Source of the DNA: Ophelia neglecta
Lineage: Eukaryota
Direction: 5' to 3'
DNA length: 64,000 nucleotides
NCBI GenBank assembly: GCA_965285935.1
Contig: OZ260665.1
Coordinates: 21,390,001 to 21,454,000, forward strand
Shown here: positions 28,035-40,877 of the stretch, in pieces
Layout: every line of letters starts with the position of its first letter
Position numbering within the stretch: the first letter of the stretch is position 1
Notes under the pieces: model-generated
What the model saw: only the letters and a program-made list of their open reading frames with translations
Database searches by the model: none
What the model was told of the DNA's origin: nothing
Made by a program: the position numbers and the translations under genes

Positions 28035-31000
28035 CTGGAATACAAAAACAAACAACTGTATGATGCTAAAAAAAACTGTTGTGCTTGAAGGGAATGTTCA
28101 CTCATTTCATAAATTCTAATATCAATCTTCTAGGACGAGTGAAGTAGAAATCCGCGAACTTTTACATCGTAATTTTACACAGTTATTATATTTTTTTGGC
28201 GTTTACGGCTCATCGATAGACGAGCGTTCGGATCACGGACATTGAAGCACGTGACCTGGCCACCCCTCAATCGCAGCCGTGCTCACCCATCATACTGAAT
28301 GTCTGTCTACGCCATGCTGATGACGGGAATGTGGAGTGGAGGCCTGCCACACATAACCTGTTAGGATAATCACAGATTGATTTATGAGAGTTTGGGTAAG
28401 TCGGGGTGCGCTGCCAAGCCCATGAGGAGGAAAGACCAAGAAAATTGAATTTATGGCCGACGTAAGCTTGTATTTTGCTTAGCCCAAAAGTAAACAAGCA
28501 AGGGAATGACGAAACCGTAAATAGTAATTTGGAACCAACGTCAAATATTTGTTAATGTTTAAATACCTATTAGTTTTAATTATATATATATATATGCTAT
28601 TTTGCTTTGCTTATGGTCCACAGGGGGGGGGGGGATGAAAGTCGACTAAGTTCTTACTAGCAGAACATCCCTCATTTCCTCCCCCCCCCCACACGTCTTC
28701 AATGGACGTCATAGTATCTATGTTACTAGATATATTACTCTAAAAACATCCGTTTGATGTATCGCCGCACGCTCACCTTAAACACAACTATATCATGGCT
28801 CCCATATTAACCACTCTGACAGCACTCACATAGTAAGCAATCACCGTGGCCTCACACAAGAAAAAAGTGGTGTTTTCTTAATGTAAGGCTGTAAACTAAA
28901 ATTTTCAGAGCCGAACGGTAAAACGTATATGGACGGTCTAATGTGACAACGAGTTCGACCTTTAGCTCTAGGCAAGTAGCCAGTGGCAAGTTGAAATAGG
29001 TGAGTTAGGAAAACAACACAATAGTGCATTGTTATTTTCTTCATGACGCTATGGGGGCGGTGTCCAAGGTGGGGTGGGGTAAAGGAAAGCCCGGATCAAG
29101 AGAGATGGAAGGACCTAATGGGTACCATGGGGAAGGAAAGCTCGCGGCTGGCCACTGGTTAAGGGGAGTACAACACGCGATTCACTTGTGTTTTGGGAGT
29201 GCGGGTGGGTGCATGTGTGTGTGTTCGTAAAACTCACAAGCCAGTGGATACATGAAAATGCAAAAAATATATCGCCTTACAACGTTCTAATCAACACATA
29301 CGCTATTGTCTGGTTATGGTTGTCGTGCACTTCATTTTTTCACTATTATTATTAATAAGAAATGCGTGCTGTAGAAACACAGTGACAAGTGAACCCCTTT
29401 CACAAATAGATGAAAATTCCCTACTTGTTAAATACGTAACAAATTAGGAAGGCCATCAAGACAACAAATGCCGGTGTTTGGCGCCAGGAAGTTCATTAAA
29501 ACATAGATAAAAGTGGTATTAACCACATGGGTAGCAGGAGCAGTCTGCGATAAGGCTTGTTGTGACACAAAGTATTGCTAATTGAATCATAAAATTGATA
29601 AAACCTGTTTTATCCATTGATGTCATTACAGATAAATCTTTAATAAAGCAGACGCCATGTCACAACTTGGCGAATCGAAGCAATGCAGTTCTTAACCCTT
29701 CAAATCAAAAAGGTGCAATATCAGTTTTTTAAGAATACGGTGTTATTTAATCCTAAAGATTGAATCAAGCTAAAAGTGCGAATTAATAGATGATTCTTTC
29801 ACTTTGAAACAATGCACGACAGTACGTTAACCAAATACTACAAACCACGTGCACATTGGAGACTTTCACAAGGTTCTAAACAAGGACCAAATATTAAACT
29901 CAGCTGTTAAAAAGAGTGGCCTAAAATCCAAGCTCCACGTAAAACAAATTAACTGGTGGTGGCAACTGTTGCGACTTATTACAAATTCCTTGAATGAATG
30001 CAATCGGCAATGTCTTATAAATAATTATAACCAGCATAATTGATGTAATTTGGACCACATAAAAGAAACTTTTGTACCAAAAATGAGTGGAGTTAAAGAT
30101 TGAAAACAGCATCCCAGTCGACAATATATTAAAATCATTAACAAGCCTTATATCTCACAGGTGGACTGGACACACCGTATACGCACTTTCCAATACTAAT
30201 ATAAAAGAAAAGGTCTGTAAATATGGCATGAATGATTGTAGTGGCGGAGCCAATATACTGCCTTCACCACGTGTCATGCATATCTGTCCTCGATACTACG
30301 ACACAAATGTTCACAGGCACGACGTGGATGCCTCAGGTTGATGGTTTCCTCACCTCATCTTTGGAAATCGAAATAAGCTGGCAGCTAAATTTAATTTTTT
30401 TATGACATTGCCTTTGATTGGTGAAGAACTAGCAATTTCTTTGTTTACCATATTTCTAGTACACTCAGTTTTGCACAGGATATATCATATATGGATGGTA
30501 CCACACGTAGTTAAGGTCAATCCCCTCTATTTTTTCGCAGACGATATCTATTATGTTGCTGTTTTAATAAACAATCTTTACCAGCGAGCAATATGACTCA
30601 AATTGCGCAATAAAGGTAAACTTGGTACTGTTTATTCTAAGTCCGAGATGACGTTGATACAAATCGTGAATGAAGTAGTTATTTCTTTACAAACGCATAT
30701 CGTTAAGTGCCCTTCTCTCAAAGCCGCATGTGTCAAATGGGCTTTTTTGTCCATCCCATAGTTACACACTGAAAATCTTTCATAGCTCAAATGCGATGGT
30801 CAAAGATTGATGCAGGTCATTCATCTAAACCCATCATCAATGGAGCACCCAGGCGGAAAGAGGACGGAAGCCAAATTGAATTCCATCACTTGACATAGTT
30901 TATTGCACGAGACCGGTAGGCAGAACCACATAGCCAATGTATGAAGATGGATATGCAGTAATTACAGGGCAAACATGTGCAAGTCACGTGTTAACTGGCT

Positions 31001-34000
31001 GCATGTGAAAGGGGAAATTGAACAGAATAAGATAATGCTTTGCTGCATGAAGACGACATTCAGACAATAAGACGAGATATTTCTTACATGTTTTTAAACA
31101 AGCGGCCATTGTTATAGAATTATGCCAAATGCGTATGATTTCAAGACAATTGAAGGACTTGAAAATCAAAGACATGTTTGATATCGACCACAATGGTAAA
31201 GTAAAAGTCCTGATTGTAGAAACAGATAATCGAAAAATCATGTTTTAGTTTGCCTTATCTGTTTTTTCGTCCACTACATGCACCGAGATATGCGTTCGGA
31301 GAGAAAGCTTATATGACGTAGTTCTGTTCTGAGGTATTGCACCTTAATTGTGCCTACATAATGTGACATGTCTATGCCATTTTTTTTTTTTTTTTGGCCA
31401 CATAGATAGGGCTAAGATACTCGGCATTGCAATGGTGATTTGTTGTTCGCCCTTTCATACAGTCCCTTGCTCGTTACACGTTAAAAGGTCTAGTTATATT
31501 AATATGGGAGAAGGTCGACTAGCTGCCGGTTGCGTGATCCTTGACTTGCGCCGTTGTCATGCCGGAGACACACACAATCACAAAAGGATAGATATTGCAA
31601 AGAGACCTGGAGAGCGGAAGTTGACAAAAAACTAAATATTCGTCAGAGAAAAGTGTATACAATCGGCCCAATGTCACCAGAAATCGTTATCTGCGGCATA
31701 CGCAACTTGTTAATGCAGGCAATTAATTTTAGTTTACTTAACGGCAGTACAACATAGGGAAAAATAACAAAGAACCAAATGTGTTGATGCAGGTAAAACA
31801 CCGGCGAACGTCACGTGACTCTTACAAACTATGGTCCAGATTTGGTATTTCTCATTTTACCCAATAGTGTTAAAAAAGTCTGTAGGAACGCCTACACTAA
31901 TAAGTTCAGGAAATTGATTTGCACATATTATTGTTTTACACTCACTCTGACAAATAAGGGGGACCTCTTCGTCCGATGTTATGAGACACAGTCATATTTT
32001 AGTTATTTGCTATTTCATAATCAATAATTCGTCTCTCATGAACTGGAGAATTTACACCATTCAAAAGCCTTAACCTACCATGAATAGTACATGCATCGAT
32101 GTTGAGCTGTTTTAGCACGATTCCTAGCACCCGATGAAATACATTGGAGGGATATTTATTCTTTTTTTGGTGTCATTGGTCCAAGTTGCCACATTTGTTT
32201 GTGATGAGACTCTTTCCAGTGTCGGCAAGCATATTTACATCATATTCTTAGCTGCCGCCTCAAAATCTATATGTATCTGTTACAAAACGAGTTTATTTTG
32301 CTCTCCCAATGTGGCTTATTCATGTACCTTAAGCCCATTTATTCATATTATCATATTAAGGTTCAGACCATTCATATGTACTCGTGTGTTTAAGGTCCCT
32401 AAAGGCTCATTTTATCCATTATTCATAGCACAACCTTCTATATTTAGACGGGTAGCTCTTTGCCATCTGTACGAGTTCCATCTTCAGAATAACATTATGT
32501 AAGACCTTGTTATAAGGCATACACAGCGATGTGATGTGTTGTTAAATAGCAGTACGGTCAAAAGAGAATAAGAGCAATATGAAAGTGAAAGGTATTAAGC
32601 CCCCAGCTCTCAGGTTATATAATTTACATATATCAAGTATGAAATCCTACCTTTACTTTGGTATTTGAACGAAATTCGGAGCACTGCAGATGGAGGGTTA
32701 TTAGCAAGACCTGCAGACGTGGGCGCTCAACCAGCTCAGTTGATGTTATGTGTATTTGTCGGCTCATACAGGCCCAGACAACATACCCGCATGAGCTGTG
32801 CTACTTGTAAAAAAGACTCTCTTCTCACACGGAATGTGAAATCGACTTACAGAACAGTGTCAGAGTGTGAAAACGATTGATCGTGAGTAGTTGATGTTGG
32901 CAAGAGCTTGATGAAGGTTAGTAAACGTAAGAGAAGGAAATGTTAGTTTGGAAAAACTAATACATGCAACATACATGGAACGTGAGGCCATATCCTGGAA
33001 AAAATGTACCACAGTGCAGTGGTGGTAATTTTGAAATGAAATGCTTGTATATATTTGCAATGTGGTTCTGTGTAGTGTAATAGACAAAAGCTGCTATTTT
33101 TTAATATCTAAAACATTATATACAGAAAAAAAGCCAATTGATTAGTTATAGAAAAGAAACAATCAATTATGAGGTGCTAAAACGGAAGTGCTCTTTGATT
33201 GAAGAAATGATAGTGATTATCCCTTGAGATATCACCGGCTTCGTGAAGGCATATACTCAACCACCGAAGCTCAACGTGCCCCAGCCATCTGTTTGGATAA
33301 AGCCGTGGGCGTCCTTTTCTGTCTACGGCCGTAAGCTGACTTAATTTGGAGGATGCAATCATCCCTACATGTCAGCCACAGACACGTGGCTTAAAGGTTT
33401 TCTTCAAATACATTAGGTGAAAGCCTGCAGTACATCTCAGCAACGGATTTCGTTTCCACATTTCCAGAAGTCGTGCTCATAGGCAGACTAGTAAAAACTT
33501 TTACATTGCAAGGCGGACTGCTTTCACACTCTTAAGGAGCCCCCTTTCAACTCTACCATACATACAGAAGCATATTTTGCCTAACTTGCTCGCAATGGCC
33601 ATGCCATCATTCTGCTTATACAAAGTCCCATCAAGCTGAAACACATTGCTCTCCAAAACCCTCTCTTTTATTGCCATAACACTACTGGAATGTTTTGTTC
33701 GTGTCTACGCACCAAATGTAGGAAAGCTTTGGAGTGTAGGGATAAACAAACTATACCACTTAATAGAGCCTTTATTCTAATTATTATTATCTCAAGCAAC
33801 AACGGTGCTCCGAATATCGAGACTTACTGTAACATTAATATCCTCCAACTCCCCCTCCCATTCCCGCCGGTTAAAATTGAGTCATGCCTCACAGGCGATA
33901 ACAATCTGATTATCAGTCACCACTGTTTGCTCTTTCTGCTATTACTTTCAGTTAAAATCCGCTCCTCCGAACATATTCTAGCTACCTTCCTGAGGTATTC

Positions 34001-35050
34001 ATATACCCGGACTAAGTATGCTAGGCTTTCACGCGCTGAAAGCTCGTTGGCAGCCTACTTTATTTATTATCAGGTTCCGCCAAGACTCTCCCGGTCTACA
34101 GATAAGCAGGTGCAGTTTATACCTCCAAACTAACCAATATGTCTCTTTGCTATTTCTTCAGCGAATTCCTGCATCAAACCCTCGCCGTCGGCAATTTTCG
34201 AATGTTTAAGGCTGCAAACCATGACTTTATAGATTCGAGTCTTGGTAAGAAGTCATTCTCAATTATGCACCCTCTGGTAGTCTCGGCGTTTCTAGGTGAA
34301 TGCCACACGGTGTTATAGGAATGATGTCGACTCTGGTTGTTGAAGAAACCAATCGATGCTATTGTGCCCCTATTTGGCAATGCATTTCTCTAGTATGTGC
34401 TCGAAGGTTTTGAGTATAGAGGATATACAGCTTTCTGTACATATACAGAAAGTATATATATAGTATATGCAGTATATATATAGAGCTGTTAGGGCGGGGT
34501 TGAGGGGCTGTCAGTATATGTTCTTATTCAACTTACGCAGCGATTATCCAAACATGCGCAATGATAACGCAACTTTTATTCATTTTTCATTAATTAGGGA
34601 ACTGGGCATTGATATTTGTGCATCTGTAGCAGTCGGTATATGATTAAATCGGAGATTTCGAGTTTTTATGAAGGTAATAGTGCAACATCTTTGAGGTTTT
34701 GTCCCAATCTATATTGATTTGATGAGACGAGGATGATATCAATAATAAATAAAGTATATTTGCCTGGCCAAAAACGCTACCTTGTTGTGTATTAAATAGA
34801 AAACGATTCGCTGCAGTGATAGTGTAAACCGAAACACTGCTATTTGTAAAGTACCATACCCATATGAATGGCAGCTCCAATACCAATTAAATAGACGTGT
34901 TAACAAAACTTGTATTACTTGTGCTACAATGTTTACTTTTCTCTAAAAAATTATAATCACTCTCGTGTTGCCACACAGATAGCACTCGAATGCATTCAGA
35001 TAAATAAATTTCCCCAGTTGGCAGTAGATATTTCATCAACAGCTCTCCAG

Positions 35051-35268
35051 GGTCCGGTTTCTGGAAGCGGTCTTAAATTTTAGGATTATATTTAAGTTAA
35101 TCGGTGTTTCCAATGCCCAATGTTAAGTTTAAGACCAAAATTGGCTAGGTTTAATACCATAACCAACTTCTAGAAATCCCGATAATGATCCTGTGCTAAG
35201 CGTGATTAAACACTTAATACTGTTTTTAATTTGAGTTAAGAGTTAAAACCGCTTCTGGAAACCGGTCC
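35051..35268 (+). mobile_element. PIF/Harbinger-like MITE, copy 3
   Basis: CAG|GGTCCGGTTTCTGGAAGCGGTCTTAA...TTAAAACCGCTTCTGGAAACCGGTCC|CAG. TIRs are ~26 bp and the 3-bp CAG target duplication is exact. Confidence 0.85.
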
Positions 35269-35602
35269 CAGGGGTTTGATTTTATATACTCAAAGAACAG
35301 CCGATTATGAAGCACTCCTTGCTTAGCTGTCGTTATGGATATGCTAAAGAACCTGACGCCTCCTACAGCTCTCGAATCCAAATCTGTATCCAAACTACGC
35401 CACTCGAAAATGCAAACAAGTCACCGTTTCCTTATTTGCTTAATTTAATACAACTTAATTATATATTTATTGGGTCATTGTTATTAAGCCTTATGGGCCA
35501 TTTTTTCCATATTACTTACGAGGCGAATGAGCTTGCCGGTCCATGATTACCTTCTGCAAAGCTTTCATTACTAAAATGAGGTTAATATATGAAGCTTGAG
35601 AA

Positions 35603-35709
35603 GATGCTGTAAGTCAAGGTTATGCTCTCGTGGTGAAAGTCTGGGAGTCAGGGGTCAACTAAAATTGGAAGATTATCCAAACGATTGAGTCCTTGTCGTC
35701 ACAAATGGA
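35603..35709 (+). mobile_element. Short decayed LINE reverse transcriptase fragment
   Basis: Frameshifted DAVSQG..SLGVRGQLKLEDYPND*VLVVTNG resembles the CR1/L2-type RT segment 'FDxVxH..LGIRGxLLxWIxxYLxDRxQxVxxNG'. Confidence 0.5.
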
Positions 35710-37071
35710 CTGTTGGAATGAAAAATGATAGCTTGCGATGACTTCATGCTCTACGAGTCGGAAAACATATTCAATCACTCCATCTGTGACCATTGCAAAC
35801 AAATCTGGTTTCAGAAGCGTCTCTCTTCATGGACTAAACGTGTACAGGAAGGGTTTGAAGCAAAACACCGCAAGAGTAGGACTTGGATAGAAAACAGCTT
35901 TGAACCGCGATCACTTAAAATGTATTCACCCTATCCACAATAGTTCCATTGATAGGAAAATGTTTAAATGCGTCGTTTTCGTGTGCCCAATCCAACAGTA
36001 TTTCAATTCCTTGGAAACAAAAGCGCACGAAAAAAATGGGTTTGAATATGAACCATTGCTCTATATTCCAATACAACAATACAATAAGAGGAACCTATTT
36101 TCTAGCTTTAAAGAGAATATATATATGTGTGTGTTAACAGTGCTAGCATAAAGATGAGAACACCTTTTTTACAACATGGAAGGTATGATTCCGAACTAAG
36201 TCTGCTAATCTGCTTGGTTTTCTTCTTCAAGTTATTGACTTTTCTTTGGCGAAGAGGAAATTCACATATCATATCGCACATCCAGGACAACTGCCGCTCA
36301 ATGCAACATTCAAACTCTAAACAAAGGAAACGTCACATATTGAACTGATATACCTTTGTTCTATGTTTTTGATGCATATAATACAACGTGTGAAAAATGA
36401 TGACTGAACGCAACAGTGACATTGAACTAAGCCGTGCACTGAACGGAGTGACGGTGCTTACTTGGGTTGCATCATAAACATGGCCCTACATTAATCAAAC
36501 AAAACAGATCGTTGCTTATATATAAAGCTAGCTCAGCAAACTTGTCTGACTTAATTTAAAAGCTGTATAGGAAGTCATTGTCACCCGCATGTAGTTTTTG
36601 GCCGAACACTTGGAATTTAACGATACATATTGCATGGATCAAGAGTATGGTAAAGCGGATACAAATAGCCTTGATGTTCCTACTAAGGAGGTGTAGAATA
36701 TAATACCTCATGTTGGCAAAAATTCAAATTGAGCAATCATTGAGTTGAAGATTTATAGCTTGGGCATTGTTTTTAGAAAGGGTATAAATGAGCAAACATC
36801 TGAAACTAAACACATTTCACTAATTATATAGTTCATAGTGAATAGGAATTCATTTTACACCAGTGAATTTAACGCACTTATCGGTTAGTCTGTTTCTGCG
36901 GTACATACAAAATGATTGTATTTTTGCCCAATACAGGCATGGCTGCTTGGAAACCAACTTCTTGGCAACGTGCTCTCAAGGAAAAAAATCATTTCGAGCA
37001 CAGGCAACCTAGAAAAAATTAAATGCCCTGCAATGTTATGGCGAGTACTTGGCAGCACTGAAAGTGTTTCC

Positions 37072-37562
37072 GCACAGGGTGAAAGTTCCAATTTCCTTAG
37101 TGCTCATACGGCGAATGGTCGACCTAATTTAGTCAAGCAAACACATTTCACTTCCCTCTCAATTCCCGAAATGTGAGCTATACATCAGTCTGACACACAG
37201 TGGGCTAATCATGCCCATGTTTTAGGGAGCAAGTGTAAAGAGCAAATTCTAGGGAGCTCAATATATAGTCAATTAGACTCTGTCCACCGAAACAGTTGAC
37301 AATCTGTTGGAAGCGCACTATGCAGATTAAGTTTTCAATCCTCTTACGGGACTTTGTCTCTTGCTCATTGTCCAACACATAGAGTCGCATGAACTGGGAA
37401 CACAAATGAATGCAGTGTTAGTGCTTATATGGAATTCAGAGCTGAAGCATGGGAATTTGATCGTCCGTGTTAAAAACCTGTATTATCATAGACAGTTAGG
37501 ATTAAGATACAAATTACAAAACAAATATAATAATACGTATACATTGTCCCTGTTGTTGAAAA
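37072..37562 (+). repeat. Segment A, copy 1 of a 491-bp direct repeat
   Basis: Apparently identical to 38004-38494 at an offset of 932. The ORF track shows identical ORFs at 37205 and 38137. Confidence 0.95.
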
Positions 37563-38003
37563 GGTAACTAACCGATGACTGTAACAAACAAATATAACCT
37601 CCAATGGAACACGATGCCTTTCGAATAGAGGCCTATAGACTAAAATGGCAGTGTTCACAAGAAGGGAAGATAAACACGTTATATTTACCTTTTATAAAAT
37701 ATACATTAAGAAGCTCAAACTGCTAGCAGGATACACACTTCTTTAAAAAGGTATGAAGTACCTTGATTTGCTAGCGGTGTTATCAGCTACCTGAAACATA
37801 TATTGAGTAGCTCAATCTGCTAGCGGTGTACTCATCTACCTAAACAGATATTGAATAGCTCAAACTGCTAGCGGTGTGCTTGGCTATTTGAAATAGAAAT
37901 TGAGTAGCTTCAAACTGCTAGCATGCATAGCCATACCCTTTCCCTTACATTATCATAGTCTTACACTTACGAAATAAAATGTCATAGCCATACACTTTAA
38001 CTT
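37558..38003 (+). repeat. Segment B, copy 1, with ~49-bp minisatellite
   Basis: Homologous to 39027-39472 at roughly 90% identity by eye. About 4.3 units of AGCTCAAACTGCTAGCGGTGTACTCAGCTACCTGAAACAGATATTGAGT lie at ~37712-37922. Confidence 0.9.
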
Positions 38004-38494
38004 GCACAGGGTGAAAGTTCCAATTTCCTTAGTGCTCATACGGCGAATGGTCGACCTAATTTAGTCAAGCAAACACATTTCACTTCCCTCTCAATTCCCG
38101 AAATGTGAGCTATACATCAGTCTGACACACAGTGGGCTAATCATGCCCATGTTTTAGGGAGCAAGTGTAAAGAGCAAATTCTAGGGAGCTCAATATATAG
38201 TCAATTAGACTCTGTCCACCGAAACAGTTGACAATCTGTTGGAAGCGCACTATGCAGATTAAGTTTTCAATCCTCTTACGGGACTTTGTCTCTTGCTCAT
38301 TGTCCAACACATAGAGTCGCATGAACTGGGAACACAAATGAATGCAGTGTTAGTGCTTATATGGAATTCAGAGCTGAAGCATGGGAATTTGATCGTCCGT
38401 GTTAAAAACCTGTATTATCATAGACAGTTAGGATTAAGATACAAATTACAAAACAAATATAATAATACGTATACATTGTCCCTGTTGTTGAAAA
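38004..38494 (+). repeat. Segment A, copy 2
   Basis: Runs from GCACAGGGTGAAAG to TGTTGTTGAAAA, as in copy 1. Confidence 0.95.
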
Positions 38495-39026
38495 CAATTA
38501 GTGATTTATATATTTTGAAAATAAAGGGGAAAAAAACTTCCAATACCATCATTAACTAGCTTGTGTAAAAGGTACGTATGTTATTTTTGCCTCATTAAAC
38601 TGGCATGGACGGTTAATGTGCACGTGTCGTGTTTACTTAAAGTGAAGGCTCTTTCATTCGCTAAATCTAATTGCCCTCTGTGTTTCCAAGTTTATTTTTA
38701 GGTTGCTGCACTGACCACAATAACACTAGGAATATTCCCTAATACAACACTAAAATATTTTAACGAGAACAATCGCTATCAATGTTTAATACAGAGAGTT
38801 CTAGTCGTTGGTATGAAATATTGCTTTTCTACCTGGGTCTTTGTCATTTTCTTGAGAAAGAATGATTGACGTTTTCAAGCGACAATACCATTGAACCATC
38901 CCTTGCACTCTCACTTGAACATGGGGTCATCTTAGTTTTGTCAGTACAAAACGGCTATCATATTTAAATGTGTTCTTTTCCAAACTTGAATTATGTACCT
39001 TTCAAGCTCCAGTGTTATGGGCCAGA

Positions 39027-39472
39027 GAAAAGGTAACTAACCGATGACTGTAACAAACAAATATAACCTCCAATGGAACACGAATCCTTTCGAATAGAGG
39101 TCCATAGACTAAAATGGCAGTGTTCACAAGAAGGGAAGATAAACACATTATATTTACCTTTTATAAAATAGACATTAAGAAGCTCAAACTGCTAGCGGGA
39201 TTCACACTTCTTTAAAAAGGTATGGAGTAGCTTCATTTGCTAGCGGTGTACTCAGCTACCTTAAACAGATATTGAGTAGCTCAATCTGCAAGCCGGGTAC
39301 TCAGCTACTTTAAATAGATATTGAATAGCTCAAACTGCTAGCGGTGTTCTTGGCTATTTTAAATAGAAATTGAGTATTTCAAAAGTGCTAGCGTGCATAG
39401 CCTTACCCTTTCCCTTACATTATCATAGCCTTACACTTACAAATAAGATTTCATAGCCATACAATTTAACTT
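39027..39472 (+). repeat. Segment B', diverged copy 2, with minisatellite
   Basis: Runs from GAAAAGGTAACTAACCGATG to CATAGCCATACAATTTAACTT. Confidence 0.9.
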
Positions 39473-40399
39473 ACACTATTGTAGTATTACACTTACATGA
39501 TTAATTCTGTCTGGATTTAAATTTACTCGTTATTAAGGCAAGAAGTTTTAATGAAAAAAATATAACATATATGTTTGCTGTCGTTCACTTTAGTTGAAAC
39601 TTTCTTTTTTAGAGACAAATTATATAGTCCTTTCGGGTCATTCATTTTTAAGACCAGAGTCCTGTTAACCAAATGCAAACTATTAAACTCAGGTAAAATG
39701 AAGAATAGCAATACATGCTTGAATATTTTACTGTACATGGTAATCATTTTGCGTGTTAAATAAGATTACAACGTTAGCAACTTGAAAAGACGCCAATGCC
39801 TCTTGTTTGACTGGTAATTAAGTCATTAAATTCAAACGGGCCCAGCTTTTGTCTGATCTACAACTTTGAAAGGACTGCCCTACCCTGATTCATATGCATT
39901 ACAAAAGCAGCACATTTTATGCATCTGACCTGGTTACCCTAATATTACAGCCAGTTGGTTATATCAAAAACAAACAATAATATTTGATACCTGGCAAGCT
40001 TCTCCATCAGTTAAGAAGAGCAGTTGATACTCAAACACCTTGTTAGTGCATTACCTTAATCCATGATATCCTTGGACATGTATCATGGAATCTAACAACA
40101 CATTCATTTTCTTATAAAGAAAAAAACATTGATTGCTAATGCATTCTGTTGAATATTGTCGTTTAAGGGCTGTGGATGGGTTAATCAGGGATTTTGTCAG
40201 GTGGTTTCTGAATCTTTCAGACCCATCTAATGGACTAGTCATTAATTGATTGATTTTGCCATGTCTACCGGCTATTCACTCTCGTTTTTTGTAACCTATA
40301 TTGCCTTCACGTTATTGCTTGTTATCAGTTTGTCCATTAACAACACCATGTGGCTTAAACGGCAATCTAGAATATCGCCTGTGAGAATAAATGTTGCAA

Positions 40400-40877
40400 T
40401 CCTCGGTGGTACAGCTGGCTAAAGTGTTAATAGTTGACGCGTCTGGTACGTGACCGGTAGAATGTGAGTCCGAATCCCATCAGGAACGGGGAAGATTTCG
40501 GTTCCATAAGGCCTCAACCCAGGGCAGGCGTGCTACAGGCCTAATGGGAAGGTTGAAAGCCAGGTAACCTAGCACCATTCACTTAATGGATGCGTCGAAT
40601 GTGGTTGACCCTGGATAATACATAGTATTCTAGGGAGGATTACCCGGCGATCCTGCGGTTGTCAGGAGGTCAGCCGGGTGTGGTTTACTCCGGGATAGTG
40701 TTCGGCATGTTCCGGCATATGCAAGATACCGACCGTACACGTTGATAGGGAGATGGTTCTGTACCCTGTCAGGCAGTCCCATAGCGAAATGCACCCTTGT
40801 AGTGAACAATGTAGGTAAATATCTGTATGTGGCGTGTATATCAAAGTCTAATGCATGTGGCGAATAAGTAACAAAAA
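40400..40877 (+). mobile_element. tRNA-derived SINE family 2, probably near full length
   Basis: Pol III A-box-like TGGTACAGCTGG (~40407) and B-box-like GAGTCCGAATCC (~40466), a GC-rich body contrasting with the flanks, and an A-rich end (GAATAAGTAACAAAAA). Single copy in this window and the 3' boundary is approximate. Confidence 0.55.

Noticed and set aside
28623-28690. Poly-G/poly-C inverted pair, and G-rich runs at ~16623 and ~29053 as G-quadruplexes
   Set aside because: Low-complexity sequence with no evidence of function.
37712-37922. CRISPR-like array (partly palindromic repeated unit)
   Set aside because: The units are homologous along their whole length with no unique spacers, there are no cas genes, and the context is eukaryotic. 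It is a minisatellite.
37072-38494. LTR/TRIM retroelement with A segments as LTRs
   Set aside because: No TG...CA termini, PBS, PPT or target-site duplication, and the interior duplicates adjacent downstream sequence.
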